A DNA stretch of 64,000 nt, taken from the NCBI GenBank assembly GCA_002633005.1, contig NMRA01000516.1, forward strand, positions 138,562 to 202,561, in the 5' to 3' direction. Below are positions 13,701-25,695 of this stretch, piece after piece. The notes under the pieces were generated by a model, which searched no databases, was not told the DNA's origin, and saw only the letters and a program-made list of their open reading frames with translations. The stretch's first letter is position 1, and every line of letters starts with the position of its first letter. Made by a program: the position numbers and the translations under genes. This stretch comes from Phoronis australis. Its lineage: Eukaryota; Animalia; Phoronida.

Positions 13701-16700
13701 CATGTGCTAATTGACATGAAACTTATTTTTAATTCGATTGGTGATTATTCGAGCAAAATATTAGCGAATACACTACCCTTTAATTGTTGACGTTAAGAGT
13801 GGCACTTGGCAATAACTTCGATGGGACCGAAGTTGACCGTTCATACTGCACCGCAGCATCGACGCTCTGCTGTAAAATCCACCTGTTTAGTGGGAAGTTT
13901 AGTGGTGCTGTTAACTTTGATCCAGTCCGAAGTTAATCGTTCATACTGACTGCAACTCCCCAAAAGATCAACGCGTAGACGTTGCTAAGAAAGGCGCTTT
14001 TTAGGATGACTTTATTACTTGTGTCTTACACTGGTTGATTTTTTGCAGCAGTAAAGAAGAAGCTGATTCCATTGGGAAAGCTCTTGTCAGCACAATGTTG
14101 TGTCCTCTTGTGTCTATCACTTATGGCTATGAGAGAGCTGCATCAAGCCAGATCTGATTTTCAACAAATGGGAAAGTCAGAACAGCGACAATGGATCCTA
14201 AATTACTTGCGCACACATTCTACGTGGAATAAAAGATCGCTCTGTATGGATTATTCTTATATGATTGGAACCACACAACTGTGCCTTCTTGGATGGAGGA
14301 CAGCACTTGGTATCTCCCAAAGCACATTTAGACGGATCAAAAGCAAGTTTGAGAGTAAGATTATTATGGTACTATATCAAGACAGTGCTGTTAAAACAAA
14401 TTGTTTGAGTTCTCAAATTGTTTTTTTTTAAATATGCTACATTTAAAAGGGCATTAATAGCATTTTACACTACTGACTTAATTCTTTGCATACCTTTTTG
14501 ATACTTATTGCCAACTCAAAAGAGTATTCCTTTTTTATATATTTGGAGATCACAGATGTGTACTACACTGATATGAAAATAATGTCTGGATTTAGGTTAT
14601 GTCTAGACCTTTTTCCGATATCACGAGATTAGTGTACCTTAATGAACAAAAATTTTCACACAAAATTTTGTTTCTACACAGTGTTACTACAAACTGTTCA
14701 CTAACTTTGCAGTGTTACACTGTACGCACGAAGATTGGTTCAGGTGTATGCTAGTTGGGCCTGGATTTTATTCATTATAGTTTCAGGTTAGTCACACATG
14801 ATGTACTGTTTTCCATTCTTCTGATGTTTATGTATTAAAGCAAAAAGTCAGCTACAAATTTATGTATTTTATTTTTGCTTATTGTCACAAATTGCTGAAT
14901 CATGTATATCTTAACACATCAACTGTGAATGATTTCAGATGGCCAACTGAATGGTTCTGGATATGGTGTTCGAACAAAAAGACTGCTGCCTTCGACTCAG
15001 GCATGCCTCACTTGGTTAGAGACGTATGCGCAAAGATTTGGTGACAAGATGCCTAATAACCATCAGATACATCTTCCCAGCTGCCTAACCAAGCGTTGCC
15101 TGTATCAACAAATGGTTGCAGAACTCAGTGACCAAAATATAGATGCATGTTCTGAACCTCATTTCTACAAATTGTGGAAAAACAACTTAAAACACATAGC
15201 TATTCCAAAGGTAACACCTTTTTCATGAAACATCAATTTTACAAAAAGCTTTTTACCTGTCAACCACTCGGTTCTCCACATGATTGCAATTTTTATAGAG
15301 TTATGCCCATGATAAATTCACTTTGGGGTAATCCTAAGTGCAAAAATTGACCCTTTTCTCGATATTAAAGACTTACTGTATTGAACAAAAGTTTTAAAAC
15401 GTGTAAGACATGTAATCACTAAAATACTAGAAGTTGTATGTCAATTCGCAATGGACATGTTAATATCTAGTATTTGTCTTCTAGGAAAATCGCTTTGCGA
15501 AATGCGACGGCTGCACTAAAATTAAATCAAAGCTGGAAAAAACAAAAGATAAGAAGAAAAGGGAATACCTACGAAGAAGACGGGAAATGCATCTTATGAA
15601 ACAAAAGTAAGTTGGGTGCAGTGTAACTTAACATAATCATCCAGGTTGGTGGCAGTGGTTGGCTAAATGTCTTTCCCTTTTACTTTTTAATGTCAATGCT
15701 CAGTTCTACCTTCATTACTTCTTGGAGAATTTCAGCTACCTAATCCCACACAATTTCCTTGCCACTTAATAAGAAACAAAAGCACTGCTTGCACTGGTTT
15801 ATGAAATAGCTTTCATCAGTACAACTGCCTGGGTGTATTTGATTACTCGAGAAATGCTGACTCAAGAAAGTTCTTTTAATAGACCTGTGCTTAGCTTAAT
15901 GTAATGCCTTGTACAAAATATTACTTAGAAAATTCAGTCTTTATGAGAAACCACCTCATTTGCACTACCATGCCAGGCACTTGACTTACTATAATAAATC
16001 ACATCTCTTACAGCACAGAGAGGAGAAAGTATTACAAACACTCCACAAAAGCCAGATGCAACAATCGAAAATACATGTCCATGATCATAGATGGCATGGA
16101 TCAAAAGAAAACTTACTTGCCGTGGTTCAAGCGCACCAGCAAATTCCTAAGCAGTATGTGGAAACTGAAGGTTCATGTGACAGGAGTTATTGTGCATGGA
16201 ATATTAGTGTACGGATATTTTGATTTAGGACAGTGGGGACAGGGTCCCAATGTCACGGCCAATTTACTTTTGATGACATTGTGCACTCTTCGTGACAGTT
16301 TGCCACCAGTGCTCTACTTACAAATGGACAACTGCTACAGAGAAAATAAGAATGTGTATATTCTAGGACTGTGTGCTCTGCTCATAGAATTACGTATTTT
16401 CCAAAAGATAAAAATTGGATTTCTGATGGTTGGGCACACTCATGAGGATGTTGATCAGGTGTTCTCAAGGTTTTCTTCATATTTACATAAGCATTCTGCC
16501 CTAACAATAACTAAGTTGATGAATGCTTTTCGCAACTCATTCAGTCCTGAGCCCAAAACGAAATATGTAACACAAATGTATAATATTACTGACTGGCTCA
16601 GGCCACATCTAAACAAGATTAGGTTTCACTCCGTGCCACATCAATTCAAATTTCGATTAGACGAGACTGGGCGATGTATGCTGTTTGCCAAAAAGTGGTC

Positions 16701-18850
16701 ATCAGACAAGAAGTGGCTTCCTTGTGACTATAACGAAAGTGATGGCAAATACCTGTTGAAGTCTGTTCCAGAGGGATCACCAGCACTTTTGCAGCCCAAC
16801 TTTGACAAGATCGATTTTGACAGACTTAAGCATGCTGTTAGTTCATCGTACATTTACATGAACCACGAAGAAGACAAAGAATGGTGGAAGGAATGGTTTG
16901 ATGAGATGGATGATGCTATGGACAGTAAGTCAAAAGTCAACATCTGTTTTTTTAAATGTGCTTCAATGGTATTTTGCTGACATTGAGTCCAATCTCAAAA
17001 ATACTGAGAAGAAATATGGTGAGGTGAACCTTATTTTTGTCCACTTGTAAAGTCCGTGAGCACCATTCTTCCATCAATAATAACCCCAACAAACAATCAC
17101 TAGCTCAACAGTAATTTCCATAATCATATGAATATACATATCTGCTGGAGTCATGATAACCATGGTTAATGGTTATTTTTTGTGATGCATTACGAAGAGT
17201 AGTCAGTCGAAGTATAGTTACATTTACCATGAAAATGTGTCCCGGTAACGGTGTCTTCATTCAGTCGAGTTAAGAGGTGGTCTGTAGTGTTCCAACTCTT
17301 TGAGGGCTGAAAACCCTTTAGCTATCTGAGGCGTTTATTAGGGCTATTCACTTTGTAGAAACAGAAGTGAAGTCCTATCATAGCAATAAAAATTTTGAGG
17401 CAAAGAAAAAATGGCCTGGTTTTGATTTTGCCTTTCGACTGGCTACACGAATGAAAATGCACCTTTCATAAAAACTCACAAATTTCTCGTGGGTTTACAT
17501 TTCAGATACTGTTGAAAGAGATGATCAACAGTGGTACTTGAACTCAATTTTGTCAGCAAAAAGTAATGCTGGCCATTCTGAGATTGAAACGTCAGACCAT
17601 GAAAGCATTTCAGGACTCTCCGACTTTGATGAAGAAGATAATCCGATGCGTCCAGTAAGTTTTGTTATTGAGCATGTAGCTAGCTAAGCGAATCTAGAAA
17701 TAGTTCAAAGTGACATATCCTTTCACATGGAGGAGGAACATTCTTTCGGTGACAATAATTTTTGTCCAAGTGCAAAGGTCATTTACAGCAAGCATGCACA
17801 ATATACTTCTTAGACATTTTTAGGCTTCTAAGAGTCACTTTGAAATGTTCAAGTGATTACGACAATTTCAAAATGTTAAACATCATTCAATGATAGAATA
17901 GTAATTCATCATCCTCATGCTTGCAGTGCCTTTTAGCTTGTTACATAGACTTAGACACAAATATTCAGTAATGTATCGTATTCAACAGATTAATTCCCGA
18001 GTTGTTTTATCTGAATACTCAAAATCAGGGAAGGGCCTTAATTGAAGCATGGGATTTAGTAGTTTGAGGTGATACATTAGGTTGACCATCTGTCAATAGC
18101 TGCATAAATGAAAGTCATCTTGCCTGCAAGAATAAGAAACGAGTCAGACACTAAGAATTTCACAAATTCGTGCTTTTGTTGCTCTGGATAGAAATTAGCA
18201 ATTTCAAACATATGGTGTTTCCAACTATAAAAAAACTAATAACCTAATAGAGATGCATACAACTAAAGGTAACTATTGTAGTGAAAACTTGAAAAATGAG
18301 ATAACAGGCATTAAACAGGACACTGGTGTGTATCCAGACTACTAAGATACAATTGCATGTTTTAAGAATTGCCTGTGGGTATGGGTGTGTCTATGTTTGA
18401 GTCAGGTAAGTGTAAAATTGAATTTTGAATGATGATTTACCTTTACAATTCCTCAGGAAGTCATTTTGTATTTTACAGCTTTTACTCGGAAGCTCAACAA
18501 GCAATAAACATGTCATCCGCAGCGAAACTGTTCAAGTTTCGCCAATTAAACAGGGAGACATGTGTTTGCTAGATATCGAAGAGGAACGTAGTTATTGGCC
18601 ACAAGTGGCTGAAGTGATGGAAGTGGAAGGGGACAATATCGTAATAAAATGGTACCGAGGGTCCCTGACCACTTCATTTAGTGTCCTCACTAGACCAGTA
18701 AAAGGGTGCCGAGGAAAACGTGAACCATGGACCGAGACAATCAATAAAAATGTAGTGTGGTACAATGGCTTTAAGCTGACTCGAAAACAAAACCTTCCCA
18801 AGGATGTAAGAGAAAGATTGAGGGAGTATGAGATGGACTTGGAAAATTAA
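7900..18850 (+). CDS. Sola-like (DUF7869-type) DDD transposase, ~817 aa, 9 exons
   Basis: Exons 7900-7996, 9942-10055, 13256-13366, 14049-14354, 14939-15210, 15485-15606, 16014-16924, 17506-17654, 18479-18850 give an open 2454-nt CDS with GT-AG introns. Catalytic motifs IIDGMDQ, LYLQMDNCYRENKN, FLMVGHTHEDVDQVFS; also GDKMP, FYKLWK, CDGC..H..H and AT-hook GRGRP. The first three exons are less certain. Confidence 0.88.
10658..10702. repeat. (GT)n microsatellite in transposase intron 2
   Basis: About 22 GT units. Confidence 0.95.
13504..13997 (-). mobile_element. Harbinger-like MITE nested in transposase intron 3
   Basis: Inverted, diverged copy of 25195-25695 (CTCTGGTCTCAGCAGAGCG, GTTCATACTG repeats); GGC.TTTC..AGAAAGGC ends. 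Confidence 0.55.
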
Positions 18851-19399
18851 AGGGGACCAGTGGTAGTTTATGTAACATCTTTATCTATTTTCCATTTTTT
18901 ATGTTACACTGAAATATGACCCGTAAATCAGGATCCTCTCTGAACTGCTTACTTTATGTGATTGGTTGAGTCAGTTTGTCTAATAGCAAGTTCAAGAAAA
19001 ATGTATTTGTATGTAAGTAACACTTCTTTTATTCAATCTATTAAGCATTTTTGATTGTATCCAATATCATGGTAAATAGAAGTCTGTGTTCTTTAAATTT
19101 GTGGTTAACAGCAGAGGGCTTTTCAGTCTTGTCGTGTTGTTTTTGACAAGTTTTCACTAGCATAATAAAGACCTTTTAATTACATGTTGCTAGTTTTTCA
19201 TCACTATTTGGTGAGAGTACCAAACCTGGCAAGAGAATGTGCACAAGACTGGGCAATAGGCATTAGGTTTGCCTACCAAAAATTTTAGTTGTGTGCACCA
19301 AGATGAAATTCACTGACAGTCTAAACTTGGGTTTATTCATCAAAGTAGTCCAAGAGTTGTTTCTAATCTCAGGCAAGCAACTGATAAATGACTGGGTAC

Positions 19400-20066
19400 T
19401 GCTGAAAGTAAGTTGGCTGAATGAGCATGGCACAAATAATTCTCATTGTAACTAATTTACACCCAAATCCATTGTGACTATGCTCAGGTATGCCAAAAAT
19501 TCATTTTGGTGTTTACCTACAATTGCAGTTTGGAATTTTGGGTGAATAGGTGCAGGCAAAATGATTTGGGCTGTACCCAAATCCTGAAAACTGAATGCAC
19601 AAACAATTTGATGAGTACACCCAAAATGACTTGGATGTACCCAGAGCTGGAGAGCTGAATACACAAACACAATTTTTGAGTACACCCAAAACCATTTGGG
19701 GTGTTCCCAGAGCCTGAGAGCTGAATATGCAAATGCAATTTTATGAGTACACCCAAAATGATTTGGGGTGTACCCAGAGGTGAGAGATGAATACACAAAC
19801 GGAATTTTATGAGTACACCCAAAATGATTTGGGGTGTACCTAGAGGTGAGAGCTGAATACACATTCGGAATTTTATGAGTACACCCAAAATGATTTGGGG
19901 TGTACCTAAACCAGACTAGATGAAGCCAAGTCGTGCAAGGCCATTCAGGTATACCCTAAACTTCACGTGACTGTGAGCTCTTTCACAAGGCTACCTGAAA
20001 CCCTGCACAATTTAATTTTCTTATCAATTGTTCATTTCCATGATAAAAGTTCATTTGAAATAATAA
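19400..20066 (-). repeat. Right TIR, part matching the window's left end
   Basis: Reverse complement of 1-660: near-identical at 19739-20066, diverged inward. About 5-6 66-bp palindromic units. Confidence 0.9.
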
Positions 20067-20628
20067 CATGTTAAGAGTGATTCAACGTTTGTCATAACTT
20101 TGAGTTCATGTTGATTTTGCAGCCCAAACCTCTACACACAATGTCTTATCCTCATTCAAGCTGACACAAAATGTGAGTTGATCCAAAAACTACAATTATG
20201 AATTAATATACTACTGAAGATGAGAGGCGTTCCAACTTCATATACTACCTGCATAGTCAACAGTTTCTACCGACTCTTGTTTTCTGTTACAAACAAACTT
20301 ACCTGGTAAAAGAAAGACCATTTGCAAGAAAAGTTTATCAAGCCACTGTCAACCAGAGTACATACATACCAAACTTCTGTTAGAGCTGCACCACACTCGA
20401 AAACCATACTTCATAAGTGCTCTCCTGACACAACTGCACTCTCTGACAGCTAAACCAACTCTAGCTCAGTATTTGGATATTTGAATAGGCAGTGAAAACT
20501 TTTGTTGCATATTCTTTGATGTTATTAAGGTAACATGTTTAGTCATTCAAATTGGGTGATTACCTCCCAGTGGCCTTTCAGAACTGCCAAGCATTTAAAT
20601 TGTATCTTTATTGAAGAGTTCTATCATA

Positions 20629-20960
20629 TTTTACACGTTCGACATGTTAGCGTGTAAAATTTTACATGGATCACACCGTAGCATGTCACATTTTACACGT
20701 TTGATATGCTAGCGTTTCCAAAAAAATTTACACGTTTGACACGTTAACGTGGCAAATTTTACATGTTTGACATGCTAACGTGGCAAATTTTACACGTTTG
20801 ACATGCTAACGTGGCAAATTTTACACGTTTGACATGCTAACGTGGCAAATTATACACGCTAGCGTGTCATGTTTTTACACGATTTTCACGTTGACGTGGC
20901 AATTTTGACACGTATTACACATTTTTTTACACGTTTGACACGCTCAAAAGCGTGCCAAAA
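20629..20960. repeat. ~31-bp tandem subterminal array (probable outer TIR)
   Basis: About 10 units of TTTTACACGTTTGACATGCTAACGTGGCAAA, each with inverted CACGTT-N9-AACGTG. Confidence 0.8.
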
Positions 20961-20977
20961 AAAAATTCTCACCCGGG

Positions 20978-22147
20978 TCATTTCCTTCATAGTCACGAAG
21001 TAACACAAAGTATACACCTGAAGACCTATGAAAATACAGAGGTTAATGTAAAATACTAAAATTGCCACTACCGGCATACCGGTAGTCAAAATCATCCTAA
21101 AGTCGTCATCATCCGTTGTCAACATCACATAAATGCTAAATTTAGTAAAGATCCTGCAAACGGTTTGGGAGATACAGCCATGCGCGCAAAAAAAACTGCC
21201 ACTAGGAGGCGCCCCAGTAATCAAAGTCATGGGAAATTCAGCGTCAACCATCCTCTTCATAGTAAGAACATACATGCCAATTTTCACAATCATACTTAGA
21301 GCGGTTTGGTTGATAGAGGGGTGGACGCCAAAAAACAGACTCAAGAACAGTAAAAATGGCCACTGGGTGTCGCAAACTAGGTCGAATCCATCCAAAAACG
21401 GGAGGATAGCGTCATCGCACTAATAGGTGCCTACATACCCAATTTCATGAAAATCCGTGAAGATACAGATCTAAACGTAAAAAATAAAATTGCCACTAGG
21501 GGGCACACTGGTATGCGGATCCGTGCAAAAGTCATCATCGTCTGCTTTTAACATCATATAAATATACTTATTAAATTTCGTAAAGATCCTACGAACGGTT
21601 TAGGACATACAGCCATAGGTGCAAAAAAATAAAACTGCCACTAGGAGGCGCCACAGTAGTCGAAATTGTCAGAAAATCATCGTCAACGGTCCTCTACATT
21701 AGTAAGCATATACATGCCAATTTTCACAATCATCCTTAGAGCGGTTTGGTTGATAGAGGGGTGGACGCACAAAAACAGACTCGAAAACAATAAAAACGGC
21801 CACTAGGTGGCGCAAACTATGTCGAATCCATCTGAAAACGAGAGGATAGTGTCATCTCACTAATAGGTGCCTACATACCAAATTTCATGAAAATCCGTTC
21901 AGGACTTTTGAAGATACAAAGGTAAGCGCAAAAAAATAAAAATGCCACTAGGGGACACACCGGTAGTCGGATCCATCCAAAAGTTCGCACATGCCGTCCC
22001 ATTCATGAATGGAACATATGTGCCAAATTTCATGAACATATGTCAAAGGATTTGGAGATAGAGCAGTGGACGCCGGCCGGACGTCGCCCGTACGGACGGA
22101 GATGACGGCATAATGCGTCCACATATAAATATGTGGGCGCATAAAAA
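20978..22147 (+). mobile_element. Helentron-associated/pearl-like non-autonomous element, 5'-truncated
   Basis: ~145-bp core subunits with CCACTAGRxGGC, a GGAC-type microsatellite remnant, and a 3' hairpin ATGCGTCCACAT..ATGTGGGCGCAT followed by an A-run. Homologous to 60135-61684. Confidence 0.65.
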
Positions 22148-22338
22148 ATGTCACTAGGAGGTAAAGCAGTACTTGAATCAGACAGAAACTCATTGCCATC
22201 TGTTGTCAGTTTCATAACAACAAATCACATCACCTGATTAAGATCCTACAAGGTGTTTCAAAGACAAAGCAGCAGGAACACCACAGAGAGATGACACCTT
22301 GCCTAAAAGGCTTAACACATAGGTGAGATAAAACATAC

Positions 22339-23833
22339 CACATGGACTCTCATCAAAGCCGCTGGGACAGTCCTTGACACCATCACATCGCAGTTTTTCT
22401 GGCAAATAGTTGAGGGAGCAGTTGAATGTGTCTGTGCACTTGGGCTCTAGACAGAAACCACAGGTACGTGGGCAGTTGTCCATCATCAGCTGTCTAAAGT
22501 CCTCTTTACCACATAACCCCACAGCATGAAATTGTGCACACTTAGACGTATTAGCATCAACACAAGGATTCACAGTTGTCCCAGAAAAGGAAGTCGTGTT
22601 GCCATCTCTTGTGGACATAGGTGCTGTGGACCCTACTGACCTTATAGTGCTGACCTGCTCTGCAGTAAACATGGAACTACAAAACTGGCATGTTAAAGCA
22701 CAATTGTCCTTCATCACTTGAAATAAACTTGGGTTGGAACAATGGCCGTGACTTGAATATAGCCTGCACAGAGTTTGGGGATAACTGTCAGAGCACGTGC
22801 TGGAAGTACTAACCACAGTTTTAGGAGTAGTCATAACAGCACGACTTTCTTCACACAAATCACAACTGGATGGACACGCTTGCAGCATCTGAGGTTTCTG
22901 CTTGGGATCTTTGCAGTATCCATTCTTTACATAAATCTCACATGTTGAGGGATGGAGAGAATCTGAGCAACTAAGTGGAGTTGTTGCACCGCAAAAGCCA
23001 CAAGTGAGAGAGCAGTACTCTCTCATGAACATCATCTGGCTGTGGCTGTTGCAATGTCCTGTTCTTGTAAACAAGTTGCACACAACAGTTTCTAGCTTGT
23101 CTCTACAGCCCGAAGGTGCCACACAGAATTTACAGGAAAGAGGACACAGAAACTGCATCTGGTTATCATTCAAACACTTGCCTTGTTCAACTAGCCTGGC
23201 ACAGGTACCCAAGTCATAGATATCCCTGCAAATGGGGACTGAACGAGTCGTTGAAAGACTATTTCTCATAGCTGAAAAACATTAAACACATGAAGCACCA
23301 AAAACCGAGTACATGAAATTACATCAATTATTATGAGAAATGAGTTCAAAAAAGTAGGAATTTGAAACAAGCAATAAATGCCATAAGCTTAGTCTGATAG
23401 GTATCAATTGTACATTAATTACAGTAGTTGACTAGTCAACACAACTTACAAAATGAGGTTAAACATTGTTGACCAACCACTAATGAGTCTAGCAATGAGG
23501 TTTATTCACTTCAGAGTGCATTAAACAGACAAATCTGAAAACTAAAACTGGTAAATCCTGATCCAGCTAAGAACAGAAGCTACCCACCATATGGTTGAAT
23601 CAATGGAATGAAGGGTAGTTGCTAAAGAGTGCCTAACACAGCCGTGAAAAGTTTTATTGATGTAACCAGTATACACTTGAACCCATTAAAATTTCATTTC
23701 GCATCGTTATCAGAATAGCCAGTATGAAAATAGATATAGAAACTGAAGAAAGCAGCTGTAATCATTTACCTGCACCATAACAAGTGCTCAAAAAGAAACA
23801 GACTGTAAACCCGATTCTGAGATATCCAAACAT
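22339..23833 (-). CDS. Secreted 5xShK + LDLa protein (gene D); final exon not in window
   Basis: Signal exon 23833-23770 (MFGYLRIGFTVCFFLSTCYGA). Exon 23271-22339 has five C.D..C..C..C...CxxC domains and CDGVKDCPSGFDE, ending at a phase-1 donor as in the paralogs. Confidence 0.85.
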
Positions 23834-25194
23834 GTTCCCAGTCAAGATCAAAGCAGCAAAATAGACCTTTGAACAACACAGCACAGATTAACACTTGACC
23901 AATGTAACCATCATTATCAACACTATCTAGGCTACTTGTCATTTGTGACATCACAAAAATATTATCTTGGTTACATGTAACTGCTTCCTGGAGGAGAAAC
24001 TCAGTCAGCGCATCTGACCAGAACATTATTTAGAAGTGTGACATCAATGGAATATACCTAAGTATAAAAACAAGCCATGTGAACTCAATTTACTGTAGAA
24101 GTCTCCCTGAGAAAGCTACACAACTCATAAGAATAATTTGCTTACAGAGAAGTCACACATTTCTAAAGATATGTGGGAGTGGATATAGTTGTCATGACTA
24201 CATTGTCCAGTCTGAGCAAGACCCAATTAATTATTATTACATGAACATAAACTATAGTAAGCATCTCTGCCTTTTCATTATGGTGAATTTTCAAAATGCA
24301 TTAACCATTAATTTTTTGTTAAAAATGAACACCACGAGGGTATTCAGCTGGAAAAAAAACAATCAAGGTTTTCGATTTTTAAAAAAAGATGAACTAATAT
24401 TAAGCTAAAAACTATAAACATTAAGTACGATTAAAGATAAACAACTGTGCCTATTGATATACTCAGAGGATTTACAAACGTGCCCTGGGAGGTAACCCGG
24501 ACGAGTACAGTAAAAATTTATCAACCCATTCCCTTAAGTACACAGGAGTATTAAAAATGGAATAGCGAAATATTTAAAACCATCGGTTCTTTGGGAGGTG
24601 GTCCTTGGTCAAGATAAACACAGTTTAACTTTTTAGTCATTTTGTTTTATTTAAAATGTACCAAGTCAAAACTGCTCTCCACAGCTGCAGGCTGTAACTC
24701 AGTGCAAATGCCACAGAAAACCAATTTGGGTGTAATAACAAGCATTATAATTGTTGAGACAGTAGTGCTAGTTATTACCTTTCCACTTGATTAGCTCAGA
24801 TCTACATCAATACAAAGGGCAAACCCAATACACACCATAAAATTGTCTGGGGCTAAGAGAATCTGATGGATGAAGAAAGGAATGCATAAAAAACGAACTT
24901 AGAAAAACCGTGATTATTGTACTGTAAATGACGAGTTCACCGCAATACAGCACTTTCAAATTTTCTGAGAACTTGAAATGATCCAACCTTGCTTAGATGA
25001 TTTAAGCCAATCCTCATTCTTTCACAGGTCATCTAGCGGACCTGAGCAGCTGACCAGCAATGGTGTGCTGGGAATTATCAGCTGAGTCACCTCTGCGGTC
25101 GGCAGTTGGGTCCGACAAACTGGTCACCTAGCTTAGATGATCAATTTGGATTACGCCTATCCTCAGTTAGCCATTACCAGTTTTTATGACTTAA

Positions 25195-25695
25195 GGCCCT
25201 TTCTTACTAGCGTCAACCCATTGATGTTTCTTGGAGTTGCGGTCAGTATGAACTTCGTATCGAAGATAACAGTGCCAGTTAACTTCGCAGTAAACAGATG
25301 GTTTTAACAGCAGAACATTGACCCTGAGGTGCCGTATGAATGGTCATCTTCAGTCCCATCGAAGCTCTGGCCAGGGGCTGCTCTTATCCTCAACTATTCA
25401 AGGGCAGTGTAGTGACTAATAGTTGCTTGTATTTTTGCTTGAATAATCACCAATCAAATTACAGTTAAGTTCTGTCAATTATCACATGTAAATGTCCCCA
25501 AACTGTCACATTTAAAAATCTTAGCAGACACATGATACATCAGCACTACCATGCGATTATTTCAATAACAACAGAGTCTGCTACCATTTACTTCCAGGTC
25601 CGTTAACTACCAAAGCCAGTATGAACAGTTCAGTTAACTTCACAGTTTACGTTGTCGCTCTGCTGAGACCGGAGTTAAGTCAGTATGAAAGGGTC
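25195..25695 (+). mobile_element. Harbinger-like MITE, ~500 bp
   Basis: Imperfect TIR GGCCCTTTCTTACT / AGTATGAAAGGGTC, preceded by TAA. A second copy is at 13504-13997. Confidence 0.55.

Larger units (their letters stand above)
1..20974. mobile_element. Giant two-gene TIR DNA transposon (Sola-like); left end outside the window
   Basis: 1-328 is the reverse complement of ~19739-20066 (about 6 mismatches), and a DDD transposase lies between. The right end is inferred at ...TTCTCACCC (20970 or 20974, both CYC-3', as recalled for Sola2 termini), where the subterminal array stops and an unrelated repeat starts. Confidence 0.85.

Noticed and set aside
20884-20900. Literal bacterial parS site (TTTCACGT...)
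   Set aside because: Only a half-match to TGTTTCACGTGAAACA, within a tandem repeat.
1-20974. Polinton/Maverick or CACTA element
   Set aside because: No pPolB, integrase, ATPase or capsid genes and no CACTA/TnpD motifs; the transposase motifs are Sola-type.
20886-21423. ORFs 20886-21395 and 21133-21423
   Set aside because: They lie in non-coding repeat DNA and cross an element junction.
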